The notes beneath the pieces were generated by a model that did not search any database, was not told where the DNA came from, and worked only from the letters and a program-made list of their open reading frames with translations. From assembly GCA_965645245.1 (NCBI GenBank), contig OZ287085.1, positions 186,001 through 250,000 on the forward strand: DNA of 64,000 bases, given 5' to 3'. A program made the translations under genes and the position numbers. How positions within the stretch are numbered: position 1 is the first letter of the stretch; each line of letters begins with the position of its first letter. This DNA comes from Massalongia carnosa (taxonomy: Eukaryota). Shown here in pieces: positions 1 to 13,508 of this stretch.

Positions 1-2170
1 TACCCTTTCCTTAATGAGAAAGGGTCCAGTTCGCTGATTGCTCATCTTCTTATTAGGTTTGCCCGGTAATTGATACCCATTGTGAAGGCGTAAATACGCA
101 TAGTCCCATTCCTTCAATAACAAAGGCTTGTGTCTTGCATCGTAATAGATCTTGGCTTTTGCACTGGCAAAAGATGTGGCGTCTGCGGCCTCTTGTGCAT
201 ACTCGAGTCATTTTTCGGCTATGTTTGGCTCTTTATCGGGAGCCAGTGTTGACAATATTTCTTTCACTTTGAATCCGTACCATTATTTCATTGGGAGATA
301 GTCCTGTAGATGACGTGGGAGATTTTTTTAGACTTGCTTGTAAAGCTGGAAGCGCTTTCACTACATTTATATCGGGATTCTCGGTGATCAGGTATCGAAG
401 CGCTATCTCCACGGTTTGATTTGTTCTTTCGGATTATCGTCCGTCTGTGGATGATATGCTGTACTTGTCAATAGACTGGTACCCAATCTTTTGAATAGGC
501 CTTTCCAGAATTCTGAAAGAAATTTGGGGTCTCTATCCGAGATTATACCCTCTGGTATCCCCCAATCGGCTATCAACAGGCGCTCCAATACTAATTCGGC
601 CCATTCGTCCGCGGAATGTGTTGATTTACCAGCGATAAGCGATTTTCTCCTGGTCGCTTTGTCTGAGATTGTGAGAACTACATCTAAGTCACCGGGGATT
701 GCGAGTATGAAATCCATAGCAATTGTTCGGAATGGTATTGTTGAAGTAGAAATTGGCATCAATTCGCCGTATGGGGGATGTCTTTTGGTCTGATTTAGCT
801 GACATGCAGGGCAGTGTTTAATGTAGAGATGAAGTTTGCGAGATAGTCTTGGCATGTAGATGCTCTCAACCAAACGGCGATAAGCTCTATGATGACCGGC
901 GTGAAAGTTCTGATCGTGGGCCAGTTGAAATATTTCCTTTTCGCACTTTTGAGGAATGCACAGCCTGCTGCTGTTGCTGATGGCGTTACTGCCCTCGTTT
1001 TTGTGATATATGAGACCGTGTGCGAGCACGAAGTCCACGCCCGTTTTCACCGCATTATCAGCATCGGAATTGCTACTTTGTGTAGTTACTTCTTTCATCT
1101 TACGCTTCTCCAGACCCTCTAACATTCCCAATATTTTGCACCACAATTTGTCCTTGATATAACCCGTTGCGAGTTTTTTCTTGAACTCTGTGGATAGTGT
1201 TATCAAGGCTTGACTGTGGGCGTACACTCGATCGGATTCTGGGGATTCAACGGAGGTTTTATAGGATTCCAGATTAATTGTCTTTGGTGTGCTTCGGTTA
1301 GCGACGGGCAATCGGCTCAGTGCGTCTGTGACTATATGAGCTTTGCCGGGTTTATACCGTATGTGTAACCTGAACTGAGATAGATATGTGGATGCTTTGA
1401 CGAGATTGAGGTTGAGCTTGTCGATGCTACTTGTAGACAACTTGGTCTGTTTAGCAATTGCTGTATTTGCCGCATGATAGGTATAAATAGTAGTTGAATG
1501 TCTTGATCCTTGAATCATATGATGAATTCTCTTTACCATCCATACTAGCCCATTCATCTCTAACTCAGTGGGCCGGTATCCTGATTCGGCGGCCGAAAGA
1601 GTTTTGCTGAGAAACAGGATGGGGTCTACGTCTTGTCTTTTCGGAGGTAGTGCGGGTATTGATACTCCGTCATTAAATGATATACCATAACTCCTACTCC
1701 TTGCTTGGAGGTATCTACGTCGGCGTACAGTCTTCGTGTTGTTGAAAAATGTGTGAGCATGCTAGGATTGCTGAATGCTTCTTGTAATTGAGAGTAGGCG
1801 TCCAGCTCTGCATCGGATGGGTCTATGATAATGGTTCGAAGGCTATAGTTCTTCCTAGCTTTACCCTTTTTGGAAGGAGAGTCTCTAAGAAGCATGGTCT
1901 TCCGAATTTGCAACGGTTCCGCCTTTTGTGTGTAGTATGGTATATAATCGCGAAGCCATCCGGTGAATCCAAGATATCGCTCGAGATCTTTGAGCCTTTC
2001 TGGGAAACTCATGCCTGCTATTGCGGATAGCTTTCCGGCTGCGGTTGTGAGGCCAAGACTATCCACCGTCTGTCCTAGAAGTGTGATGGTAGGGTATCCG
2101 AGGTATGTCTTAGAAGGCTTGATTGCCATATTGATTTTGCTGAATAGTTCAAAAATCTGATTGAGATGGC
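1..2170 (-). mobile_element. Decayed Ty3/Gypsy LTR retrotransposon pol remnant (end of RT, RNase H, integrase), 5'-truncated and frameshifted
   Basis: ORF 1626-2129 has RT-end/RNase H-like motifs (YLGFTGWLRDYIPYY, LYADVDTSKQGVG). ORF 403-1557 has YKPGKAHIVTDALSR, an integrase Zn motif (AHDQNFHAGHHR...CPACQ) and core (IAMDFI, IISDRDPKF, AYHPQTD). The reading frame is broken between pieces. Confidence 0.9.
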
Positions 2171-2460
2171 GAGGCTATTTGAAAGGCTATTTTGGAGGTT
2201 ATTTGGTAGCTATTTGGGGGAATATTTGGGAGGCTATTTGGGAGATATTTGAGAGATACTTGGGAGATAATTGAAAGGCTATTTGGAGGCTATTTGAAAG
2301 GCTTTTGGGAGGCTTTTGAGAGTCTATCTGGGAGACTATTTGAAAAGCAGCGGAGACTATTTGAAAGGCTATTTAGGGGCTAGATGTGGGGCCATATAAA
2401 AATCAGCGGAGGCTATCTGGGAGACTATTTGGAAGATGCTTTGACAGATGCTTTGACGGG
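2170..2460. repeat. Degenerate ~12-bp tandem repeat (consensus about GGAGGCTATTTG)
   Basis: Recurrent ggctatttg/gagatattt/gactatttg units between the Gypsy and Copia remnants. Confidence 0.8.
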
Positions 2461-2629
2461 TGTCAAGGAGGAGATGGCGCAGGGCCGTTGCGGAACGAAG
2501 CGGAGCAAGTCCGGAGCAGAAATCAGAGATATTTTTCAGATTCATGAAAAAATAGCAAGCCAAATAGTAAGTAAATGAAAAGTAGTAGTAAATTAGATTT
2601 GTTTATTCGAAACATCTCAGGTCTGAGAT

Positions 2630-5600
2630 GGCACTGTCTCGTTTCGTTAGTACGAATATACTCTATTTTGACCTTTCCCTCTTTGACTACGTCTCTTGTC
2701 CAGTGCCACTTTATTTCGATATGTTTGGTTCTTCGGTGGAACTCAGGATTTTCGGTGAGAGCTATAGCACCTTGGTTATCTCCTCGCAGTAGAATTGGTA
2801 AATTGGCCTCCCGAAATCCCAGTGCGTTGAGAAAACGAGAGCACCATAGAGCTTCGTTGGTAGCCTCCATTAATGCCATGTATTCTGCTTCGCAAGAGGA
2901 TAGCGCCACCGTAGGTTGTAGTTTTGACGAATGAGATATCGGAGCACCTGCTAACATGAAAACATACCCACCGGTAGATCTTCTCCCATCCTTTAGGCTA
3001 GCGAAGTCCGAGTCAGAATAGCTGGTTATATCCTCGTCAGATTCTCTCCGGAATATCAGACCTCTTGTTAGGGTGCCCGAAATATATCGAAGCACTCTCT
3101 GTAGGTGGTTGCAGTGATCAGCACCTGGATTGGAACAATATCTGCTTAGAACTCCCATTGCATAGGCTATATCAGGCCTTGGATGCATGGCGGGCCACAT
3201 GAGAGACCCTACCAGAGACTGATACCATGATATAGTCTCTTTATCAGCCTGGTCTTCGGATGGCATGAGAATGTTTCCGATTCCAGGCTCCATGGGGGTT
3301 GAAATAGGCTTGCAATTAGCCATGTTAAACCGTTCGAGGATTTTCTTTAGATAAGTTGTTTGGCGGAGTGCGATAGTAGACCTCTCTTTGCTAATGTCTA
3401 CCTCGATGCCTAAATAGTGCGATACTTCACCCAGATCCGTCATCTGGAATCGCGACTTCAATTCAGCTTGGAGTTGCTGCAGTTTCAAAGTGTCTTTGCC
3501 CATGATGAGAAGATCATCCACATAGATGGCAATAAACATGTCTTCGGAAACAAACACTCCATGATCTGATTCGGTGTGTTTGAACCCTATCTTCTGGAGA
3601 AAATCCAATAGGGTTTGATACCAAACACGAGGAGATTGCTTTAGCCCATATAGAGCCTTTCGCAACAAGCAGACCTTCTGCTCTCCCCCTGCTACTTCGA
3701 ACAAGGTTGGTTGGATGATATAAATCTCTTCATCGAGATATCCGTATAAGAAGGCAGTCACAACATCCATGTGTCGAATGGAGAGACCCTTTTTAGCACT
3801 GATTTCTATTAGTGTCTTATAGGAGATAGGTTTTACCACGGTGGCAAAGGTGTCTAGGTAATCTAGGCCTTCTTTTTGCTTATATCCATGGACTACCCAT
3901 CTTGCTTTATACTTCAATATATCTCCATTTCTATCCTTATTCAGCTTGAAAACCCACCGTCCTGTGATAGTTTTCCTATCCGTTGGAGTATCGGTTAAAG
4001 TCCAAGTTTCGTTATCCATCAGGGATTTGTACTCAGCTTCCATAGCTTTTCTCCATTCATCCCAGTGGGGGGAGGCCATAGCCTCTCTCAATGTTGCAGG
4101 TTCATCCTGCCCAGCAGTCTCCGATCCTCTGGCTAGTAAAGCTAGGACTCTTACCATATGCTCGTGGGATTTAGGGGTCTGGGTGCTGGTAAATGTGGTA
4201 ACTTTGTTTACCAAATGGCCGTCGTTGGCCACTTTTGGCAGCGATTTCTTCGATATATCGTACCGAATAGTGTCTGCTGCAGGTTTGGAAGAATTTCGTA
4301 ACCTTCCGGATCTCCTTGGTGCGGGAATTGAAGGCTGATCTGGGTCAGATTCTTCAGATTCCTGGTCTCGATGATTGGTATCATCATTGGCTACCTCCGG
4401 AGCTGTTTCTCCCATTGGATAAGACTCATTTCGAGGTGTCGTTAGCAATAATCGTTGTTGGCTGTTCAATGAACTATGGGAATTTGATGCCGGATATAGC
4501 GGAGTGCTATTTTTATGTTTCAGATCTTCAAAGTCATCTGGATCTTGAAAACAAGCATCATCTTCTTCATCCCATGCTACATCAGCTAGGTCCCAGTCCT
4601 TCGCCTCTTTGGAATCATAGGTGTTCAGCTCATCTACTTGTATATCACGAGAGATGTGAAATTTTCCGGTGCGAGGGTCATAGATTCGAAACTGATTCGT
4701 TCCATCGTATCCAACAAAGATCCCTTGCCAAGATCTATCATCCAATTTGGTCCTTTTTTTCTTGGGAATATGCACCCACGTCCTCGAACCTATGATCCTT
4801 AAGTGGCTTAAGGTAGGCTTCTCCTTATTGAGGCACTCATATGGTGTGATTTCATCGACGCCGGGACATCGATTCTTGTTGTAGGCAGAGGTTTTGATTA
4901 CCTCGCCCCAGAGTGATTTAGGGAGCTTTTTGGCTTTGAGCCAGCTCCTCGTTGGTGCCATCAGGGTGGAATTTTGCCGTTCGGCTCTCCCATTTTGTTC
5001 AGGCACATATGGAGCTCTGGCCTCCCATTGAATTCCTTTTTCTTTAAAAAAGGTTAGTAGCTCTGTTTACATACTCTCCCCCTCCATTTCCTCTGACGTG
5101 TTTGATCTCCTGGCCAGATTGCTTCTCTATCCAGGCCTTGAACTGTTTGAACTTGTCTAGTGTTTGGCCTTTGGTCTTCAGCAGAAATACCCATACGACG
5201 CCCGTTGCGTCATCCTTTAGGGTCATGAGATATCTCTCACCGTACCTGGTTGGTGTGTAAGGGCCTCCAAGATCTGTATGAATGATTCCCAGGAATTCTG
5301 GAGCTCTAGATCTTGGACTCCTGTTTACCAGCCTTTGTTGCCTTCCAACCATGCAATCTCCGCAGATTTCTTCCGGAACGGGACCGATGATTGAGGCTCC
5401 TGTGGCCAGTTGGTTGAACTTCAAAAGGTTGTGATAACCAAGATACCCCATACGGGCATGCCAGGTTTGGATGGAGATATTCTTAGTTGTTGTGAGAGCG
5501 CGAGAGTTGGGTGTGGTTTGGATAACATACTGTTTATCGATCAGTTTGGCGTGGCCAATTACCTCCTCTTCGTAATAGATTTTGGAGAGTTCTCCCGCCT

Positions 5601-7327
5601 TTCGAAGGAAGATTTCCACTCCCTTTTGTGCTAGCCTAGCAGTGCTGATGAGATTGAAGTTCAGGTCAGGGGTGTACAGAACGTCTGTTAGAACAAACTC
5701 TCGAATACATCTTGTTTCGTTCTTTAAGAATAAAGACAGAGATCCTTTTCCTTCTGTTTTAAGCACTTCTCCGGAGCCTGTTTCCAGTTTATTTGGCATA
5801 ATGCGATAGGATACGGGTTCGAAAAGGTCTTTGTTGCAAAGAGCATGGTCAGTAGCACCAGAATCTATCAATAAATCTACTGGTTTAGAGATGGGGATGG
5901 AGCGGTTGATGGTGCAGAGAAATTTCCTTGTCTGGAAAGTCTTGTTAATATTGGTTTTGGGGTGCTTGATATTAGAGCCATCCTCTTCAGCGGTGTCAGG
6001 GAAGACAAAGGAGTCTGTTGAAGGAGGAGAATGGGTGGTGAGTACGCAGAAGATTTTCTTCCTTTCGACATCCGAGTCATCGTCTTTCTCCTTTCCCCTT
6101 TTGCTATTGCAAGCTCTTTCAATATGCCCTATTTTTCCACATCCGGTGCATTTCGTTTTGATGAATTTGCACGTATCGGAATGTTTGTTTCCACACCGAT
6201 GACACTTATCTTTAGCATCTAATTTTGTTTCGGTGACCTTACCTTTTCCTTTCTTCTTTACGAAGTTGGCAGTAGCTTCGGTGGTAGTCTTCGTCCGACA
6301 TTCTTCATCAGCCAGGTTTTTAAGAAGGCTGCTTTTGTCAGGGAGCTCCTTGTACCGGCGAGCATGTTCGTTGATGATGGTGAGATAGGTGGAGAAGCTG
6401 GATCCGAGTCCGTTCAAAATTTTGAGAACGATCATCTGTTTGATGGTGAGGGCACTATCTATCATCTCAGCCTCGATCTCCTCTATCAGGGCACCATATT
6501 CTTCGATGGACTTGCACTTCTCATAGTTAATCTCATCTAGCCTGTTAAAAGTAGCCCACTTCGAGCTCCAATTCTGTAGGGTGTAACGTGCCGCCAGATG
6601 TTTCCAGAGCTTTTGGGGGACTATGATGGTTATATTTCCCAAAATAGAGAGGAATTCAGACTGCACATCCTTGGAGCACATTCTCCCTATTTTGCCTACC
6701 ACTCTTTGTTCTTTCTCCTTAAGTCCATCAAATCAAGGCTGTTCTGCCTGATTTCCCGAATGCGAACGTCGTCATCTTTGTCCGTTGGTATCATTATCTC
6801 TGGCTTGATCCTATCTCCCGTTATATATCCCAGCAGCTCGGCTTCGCTGAGGGCGAACGACATATCGCGAGCCCATTGCTTATAGTTGGTGCTGCCGTTT
6901 AGCTTGGGGAAATTGTGGGGGAGGTCTTCCTTTGCCATCTTGGAGCAAGGGGAGAAAAAGCGAATGGAGAGAGAATGGGAATGGTAGTTTTGATATAAAG
7001 GAGGAGAGATAGGGAATCAATCGATACTATTTTAAAAAGGGTGCAGTTAAGTGCAGCCGGGCTCAGAACCTGTTGAGTTAAATAGGTAGGTAATAGTATG
7101 TGTAGGAAGGATTGATTATTATATCTAGGTGGCTATCTACTATGTTTATATAGATAGATGAGAGATGAATAAGATAGAGAGCAGGCACAGCGGCAGGGCA
7201 GGTTTGCCTTGAATCTCCTTGCCGTACCACCTCATTAGCTAGCCGTGTGCGGATCACTTGAGACGTTATTCCCAAGTCATTATGTTGCCGTCTGGCACGG
7301 CACATAGGATGGCTGTCTCATCTAACA
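2630..7327 (-). mobile_element. Ty1/Copia retrotransposon, 3'-truncated, frameshifted gag-pol with 5' LTR
   Basis: ORFs 6696-6938, 5044-6702 and 2523-5006 give gag with a CCHC knuckle (CTGCGKIGHIERAC), protease (LLIDSGAT), GAG-pre-integrase (WHARMGY), integrase (IHTDLGGP, PEQNGRAER), RT (YVDD) and RNase H (YSDSDF, RGDNQGA). Frameshifts near 6700 and 5040. The 3' LTR is absent. Confidence 0.93.
7071..7327 (-). repeat. 5' LTR of Copia element (TGTTAG...TCAACA), followed by PBS GGTTCTGAGCCC
   Basis: TG...CA ends on the minus strand. The adjacent 7059-7070 matches the GGTTATGAGCCC initiator-tRNA-Met half-molecule PBS with one mismatch. The LTR interrupts the NLR C-terminus. Confidence 0.8.
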
Positions 7328-10100
7328 TTGATCATAGTTCTTGATGGTTTCTTCTATCAAAGCAAGCCGGTCAGCGCACTCCGCAAGCTCCATTATATAT
7401 TTCCCTGGATCCTCGTAATAATCGATACAGTTTAAAGTCAACCTCTTAGCTTCGGCAAGCCCGTTTGACTGATAGAGGATCTCTGCGAGCTTGGACTGAA
7501 AAGTCATACTCTGCTGCACTAGCTCAGGTATCTTTTTGGAGTGAAGTAACACTGCCTTCGCATGTGGTAGATAATCAACAAAATTGGCTGGGTTCGGTCG
7601 AGAAAACACTTCGTCTATCAATGAGAGCAAAACCTTTGCATGGTATTCTTCTTTAGCGCTCATTTGATTTCGGGTCCAGGTAGCGATAAGATCGTGAACT
7701 TGATATGTACCCTCTTTGCATATCGAGACAAAGGAATATGAGAGCAGGGTCTCCAGGGCGGCTTCTAAATTCTTACCATTCGCTAATCCTATTTAATTGG
7801 TGGCTTTTGAGTCCAGTAGGTCTTTTGGGACATTTTGATAGTCGAGTATTGACATGAGTTGAAGGAGATCGGCCGCAGACGGACTGACCCTCTTAACGCG
7901 GTGAAAGGAAATGTCCCAGGCCGTCATTATAGCAGGCGTCAGTCGATTATTCGGCTTAAAGCTTAAAGCAAGGTTCTGTAATGGTTTGTCGCGCTTCTTC
8001 AGACTCATTTGACACGCCTCAAGATATTCCGTTATCGAAGTCTCGGTCATGGAAATGAACGATGCCCCTATTGCAATTGCGAGAGGCGAGTGATCAAGCA
8101 ATTTGATGATTTGAATGATCTCGCTCTCATCTAAGGATTTGTCATCGATATCAAGACTAGAATATTTGTGGAATGTTGTTCTTGCCTGCTCAGCAGTCAT
8201 GTTGTCACAGTGCAGCTGATAGGCCCGAAGCGTACGAGATATACCTTCAAGACATGTAGACACAAGTAGAGTCCCCTTTTCGCCAGTCATGATTTTCAAA
8301 GTATAGTCGTCGGTATGGGTAAGATTGTTCACAATGACAAGCCAATTTCCGGATTCGTCAGATGCAAGCCACTTTTTCAATTCCTGGCGGAAAGCGTCTG
8401 GACTCATTCCATCTTTTGAAAGGTTGAGCGCTTTTCCGATTGAGAGAAGGCCGGATAAGAAGCTTTCAACGGTATGACCATCAATCCAAAACACACTACG
8501 AGTATGCAAATTTTGAAAGGCCAAGTTTAAAGCCGCTTGAGTTTTTCTGACAACTAATTTAGCGGTACTTCATCAAATCAAAAGGAATTCCGCATATTTC
8601 AACTAACCCAGTGCCGCCAGGCCCTAGAAGAACAACAGCTTTCTCATCTTTGCAAGTCTTACTTAAAATATTATCGATTCCCCGTCGCGGGGTATATAGT
8701 TCATTTTTCAGATACGGTACAAACATACGAATAGGATGACCGTCTCGGGATCGGAAGTCGATGACTATAGGGGTCATTTCTAGTTAATAACGTTTATAAA
8801 GAAAGAATTATACACAGCATTGAGTACATTGGATACAGTAGACATACAGGGTTCTAAAGATTGCGTTTCCAGCATGACTTGGGCGATATGAATCATAGAG
8901 AGAATTTCTGCGTTCACTTGTCGGAAAGAATTATCGGTCTTTTTAGAGAACTTGATCATGCTTTTATGATCGCCATCGATTGGAATGTGATTATGCCTAA
9001 CTTGATTCGGCACAGCTTCGGTAGCAGAGGATATTTGCACAAGAATGGTTCTTTTGTCATAAACCTCCCACTTACCATTAATTGGTGTTAACCGATTAGA
9101 CCACACTAATTGTAGGCGGCCTGCCAATATCACCACTAATAGAAGTGTCACTCGGTTAGCAAGTGTTGCACTTAGGGAATGGCTGGCTACCGAGTACGCA
9201 CAAAAGGTGATGGGATAAGATACAATAGATATTTAGCTAGAGATGATTTCTATCATAAACAACCATCCTAAATAAACCAGATCAATTTATCAAATCCAAA
9301 ACGAGTCTCTTTTAGAACGTAAACCTACCTAACAAATAAGCTGGAAAGCTTAAGCATATCTAAGCGATAACCAGCTTGATAATTGGGTTTGTCCAATTGA
9401 TCACGATGACGACCCAAATGTCAGCTTGCTCTGCGTAATTGTCAACTCGAATAATGGAGAGCTTTTACCTTTTGACGCGTTTCATAATACGAGAAAAATT
9501 CATACTTTTTTCTATCAAAATGTGTATTAAAATCTTGGCGAAGATTTCTCAACTCTGTTGACTCCGGGTCCAGGGAGCGAATTAAGCTCTGACTCGGCTG
9601 GCCCTTCACGAGTGCGTGTAGAAACTTGGAATTCAAGCCTTTGTCGGGGACTCCAAAAAAAAGAGCACCGATAAAAGAGCCGAGAAGTTTCTGGTGGTCA
9701 AGGCTGCCTGCAGCAGCGTGGCTTGCCGCCTCTACAAGGGCCTATAGAAAAATAATAATTAATGAGATGAAGAATATTAGCATAGTATTAGAGGTCGATG
9801 AATTTTCTAGAGAAATATCAGTGTTGCATCACGATTGGATTTGGTAACAATGTCAATTGCTGAAGGACTGCTTTGTGATTTCTAGAAGTAGTCTGCTAGT
9901 CAAGTGATCTGCTGATAGAGCACTTCAGTCTGCGCCGAAAAAAGAACTCTCCTTACATCTGACTGACTCCTTGCCAACATCAATTGGTAAAGAAGTCCTA
10001 TTCTCAAATCTTTGATTGAGGCGAAAGATTGAGCCAGGTCTGATTTATATCCGTAGATCAGTATTCGCGACCTTTTAACCTGATCTGGGAGAAAGTCGCA
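7328..10100 (-). pseudogene. Disrupted fungal NLR-like gene: SesB-like alpha/beta hydrolase + NB-ARC-type P-loop + helical (TPR-like) C-terminus
   Basis: Fragments DFLPDQVKRSRILIYGYKS, ALFFGVP, IDGDHKSMIKF (SesB-like); VLLGPGGTG (Walker A start, followed by a probable intron); VFWIDG, WLVIVNN, HSPLAIAIGASFI, TAWDISF. Truncated at the 3' end by the Copia LTR; the 5' end is replaced by a duplicated fragment. Confidence 0.75.
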
Positions 10101-10906
10101 CACGTGGGACAGAGATGTTAGAGACGATACTGGAATTTTCTAGTTTCCTTACGAAGAAGTAGCCTTCATCGGTATCATAAAGATTTGGCACTCTCATCAA
10201 AGAGCTTCGGTTACTTCCTCTTCGAATCGCGAGCGAGAGTTGATGAAGTGTATCTATGGAGCCTTCCACCAAACTCAAAGTCGAAATCTGGACTTTGACT
10301 GTGGACAGTGATCGATTGAAGAGCTCGAGCCCAAAATTTGGAATTTCTTTTCGACTAACTTCAGCAAATGCATCAAGGACTTCGTCTGCAAGATCTTTCT
10401 GTCCTGTAAGGGCTGGTAGCTGGTTGTGAGTACAGAGTATGAGAACCCCACCTCCCTCTACTCGCCGTCAGATGGGAAGTCTCACCAGATAGAAGCTGCG
10501 TACACAAAATCTCGAGATTTCCTTCCACGGCAGCTTTCGCAATCGGTGCGGTGCGGAGTCGATAATCAAGGCAGGCTTGGAGGGAGGAGAAGACGCCGAT
10601 ATTTGACGCCCACAAGTCAAATCTACTGAGCTGATCTCCTGCGATGCGTCTAGACTCTTTTGCAAAATTCTCTTGACAACACAGAAGAAGTTTGCGAGTT
10701 CTCTCAGCTGTATCTGATTGAGGATGCAATTTCATTCATGGCTGAGGCGGCGGGCAAGGACGAGGCCATGGTGAAAAAGAGGGCGTAAATTCAAGGCTGC
10801 GAGTTCATGCAACATCAGCAAAGTATGATTTGTGACAACCCGACAAGCAGGGTTGGAGCAAAAGAATACAATATAGTGTGATATGTAGAGAGTATTCAGG
10901 TCCGAT
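10100..10906 (-). pseudogene. Duplicated 5' part (promoter + N-terminal exons) of the C2H2 zinc-finger gene at 11717-24427; frameshifted
   Basis: Near-identical to 12787-13112 + 23173-23355 + 24261-24581. ATG at about 10770 (MASSLPAASAM). It carries a 2-bp deletion relative to the 24427 copy. Confidence 0.85.
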
Positions 10907-13362
10907 GAACGACCCCACCAAAATCCTTCTCCAATCCTGCAGAGAGAATTTAGCAGTCACGATTGAAAGGTCGGAGAAGGATGAATCAGGCAAAGAAAAA
11001 TACGGTGAAAGCATAAATATCATTATATCTTGAAGAATGTTTTGAGCCATTTCTATGCGGGTTGAGAATACTAGATCTGCGAATCATTATTTGTATAAAA
11101 ACCATCACATGGTTTTTATGCACTAGAGTTGGTTGGCATGCAGCGATTCAAAGATGTGCTACAGTCAATAGTGAGCAATACCGGCATAATACTAACAATC
11201 CTAACCCTGCCGAACCGGGCGCAACTTTGTCTCAGCTTTCAAGGTACAATTATCTCACAGGCTTCATCTCGCTTCGGTTTTGACTGACCCAACACCACCT
11301 AGCCCAACGAGCGCAGTCCAAGATCCTGGCACAGCGCATTTTTGGTCGATCTGATCGAGAAGAACTCCACGCTCAACGAAGTCTGGGTCGTGACGGAAAG
11401 GAACGGTAAACGATGTGTTAGGTGGTGTTTCTGTTCGCTCTAGAGTAGGTAGTCGTCAGCACTAGCCATCTTAGATCTTTCCGTAACATACCCGGCGGAA
11501 GATAGAACTCGGTCGTGACCGGCGCGAAGCTCTGCCCTAATTCCAGGCTAAACTTTAGGTTGTGCGATTGTTCTTGTCCATTTCTCCAACATTCTGGTCC
11601 GAATCTGATCCGAGATTGACACGAAATCGATGGCAGTCAGACCAGCCGCAAAATTTTGATTTGACAGACTCTGGGCATTAGTTGCTGTGTGCATAATCGA
11701 GTCGTCGCTGCAAGAGTCACTTTTCTGACAAGTCTAGTTCTTGAAGTTTGGCACGACTGCTTCCGGTATTCTGTCCGGAAGGCCGATTGCTCGCTACGGC
11801 ATCCCAGTCTTTGATATCATTTCTACCTGGCAAGGCCAACAGAAAGGCTTGCTCTAAGTGGTGTGCCATGTGTTTTTGCAAATTAACAGCAGTAGTTTGC
11901 TCCACCAGACAAACAAAGCACCGTTGCGTCAGCATGGCAGGTCGCCTCGCTGCTTTTAGGATGCCGTGCATAGAGCAATCGTCGAGGTCTGGATGATAGA
12001 GGCTCAAGTGTTCCTGGAATTTTATAGCTATATCAAATAGAAGCGCCTGCTTCTCATCCGCATCGACTCCAATATGGGACAAGGGGCACAGCCAGTCTTG
12101 GTCATGAGGCTGACTTAGATGCGCTTGCCAGTCTTTGAAGCTTCGATATGTCTTACCTCGCTGGTTGCAGTTTTGGAACAGACAAATATATGGCTGCAGG
12201 TCCTCCAATAGGTGCTTCTTCCATCTCCGATATTTTTTCTGGTCGGAAAAGGTCTTAGCTGATAACACTAGACAGCAATACGGGCATATTTTCTCCTTGG
12301 TACTTGGCTCCAGCTCCGGCGCAGGCGGCACTTCAAATGGGATTGAACTTCGCAGTCCTCCAAAATTCGACGATGAAGCAGCTGATGATGGAGCATCTGT
12401 AGAAGGGGGTAGTTTGAATGATGTAGACTGAAAATCAGAACCAACTGTCTCACTAGGGGTGTCGTCAGCGATTGTTTGAAACAATGGCTGTTGAATGTCT
12501 GGTCCCTTGAAGTCCGATGGCGACAAGAAATGTGATGCGGTTACTGCCTGCGTGGGCCGAGCACCTAGCTTCATTGATTTAGGCATCGCAACTTTGGTTT
12601 GATGGCTTTGGAAATAAGCTAATTGCCGCCTTCGAACTGAAATTGATGCAACACAGCGTTCGAACATAAATTGTCGGTAGTTTTCTTGATACTGATCAAG
12701 TGCCGCCTTCTCGTTCGACCTTAGCCATCTAGACTTCAGAATCCGGCGAAGAAAGTCCTCAAACCCCGAGGTAGCTTCAAAACGAACACGTGGGACAGAG
12801 ATGCCAGAGACGATACTGGAATTTTCTAGTTCTCTTACGAAGAAGTAGCCTTCATCGGTATCATAAAGATTTGGCACCCTCATCAAAGAGCCTTGGTTAC
12901 TTCCTCTTCGAATCGCGAGCGAGAGTTGATGAAGTGTATCTATGGAGCCTTCCACCAAACTCAAAGTCGAAATTTGGACTTTGACTGTGGACGGTGATCG
13001 ATTGAATAGCTCGAGCCCAAAATTTGAAATTTCTTTTCGACTAACTTCAGCAAATGCATCAAGGACTTCGTCTGCAAGATCTTTCTGTCCTGTAAGGGCT
13101 GGTAGCTGGTTGTGTTAGAATGTACAAATCAGGTTACTTCATTTCAGCCGCACTCACCTTCTACCGCACGAGTATGGCGCACGCTAATGGCTAGACGTAT
13201 CGCTAGTCTAATACTAGCATACCGTACATTGTCTATAAATCTAGCTATTCCCACTATATAGATGAGATGGTTCTATGTCACGTGAGGCCCCTGAGTCAAA
13301 GTAAATTACGAATCACCCTCTGAAAATTCTTTCCTCATCCACTTCTTCTCACTCGGCCTCAT

Positions 13363-13508
13363 CCATCTCACTGACTCGTCGTCGACCCCACGTTGTCTCG
13401 GTGCCCCTACCTCGCTGTCAGTGCTTGCTGCTTTTCCCATCTCACTGACTCGTCGTCGACCTCACGTTGTCCTCGGTGCCCCTACCTCGCTGTCGGTGCT
13501 TTTTCCCA
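13363..13508 (+). repeat. Two tandem ~74-bp repeats in the YR element 5' leader
   Basis: CCATCTCACTGACTCGTCGTCGACC...TCGGTGCCCCTACCTCGCTGTC starts at 13363 and again at 13437. Confidence 0.95.

Noticed and set aside
9140..9450. Solo LTR inside the first NLR
   Set aside because: The segment interrupts the SesB coding region, but no convincing TSD or second copy was seen; it may be intron.
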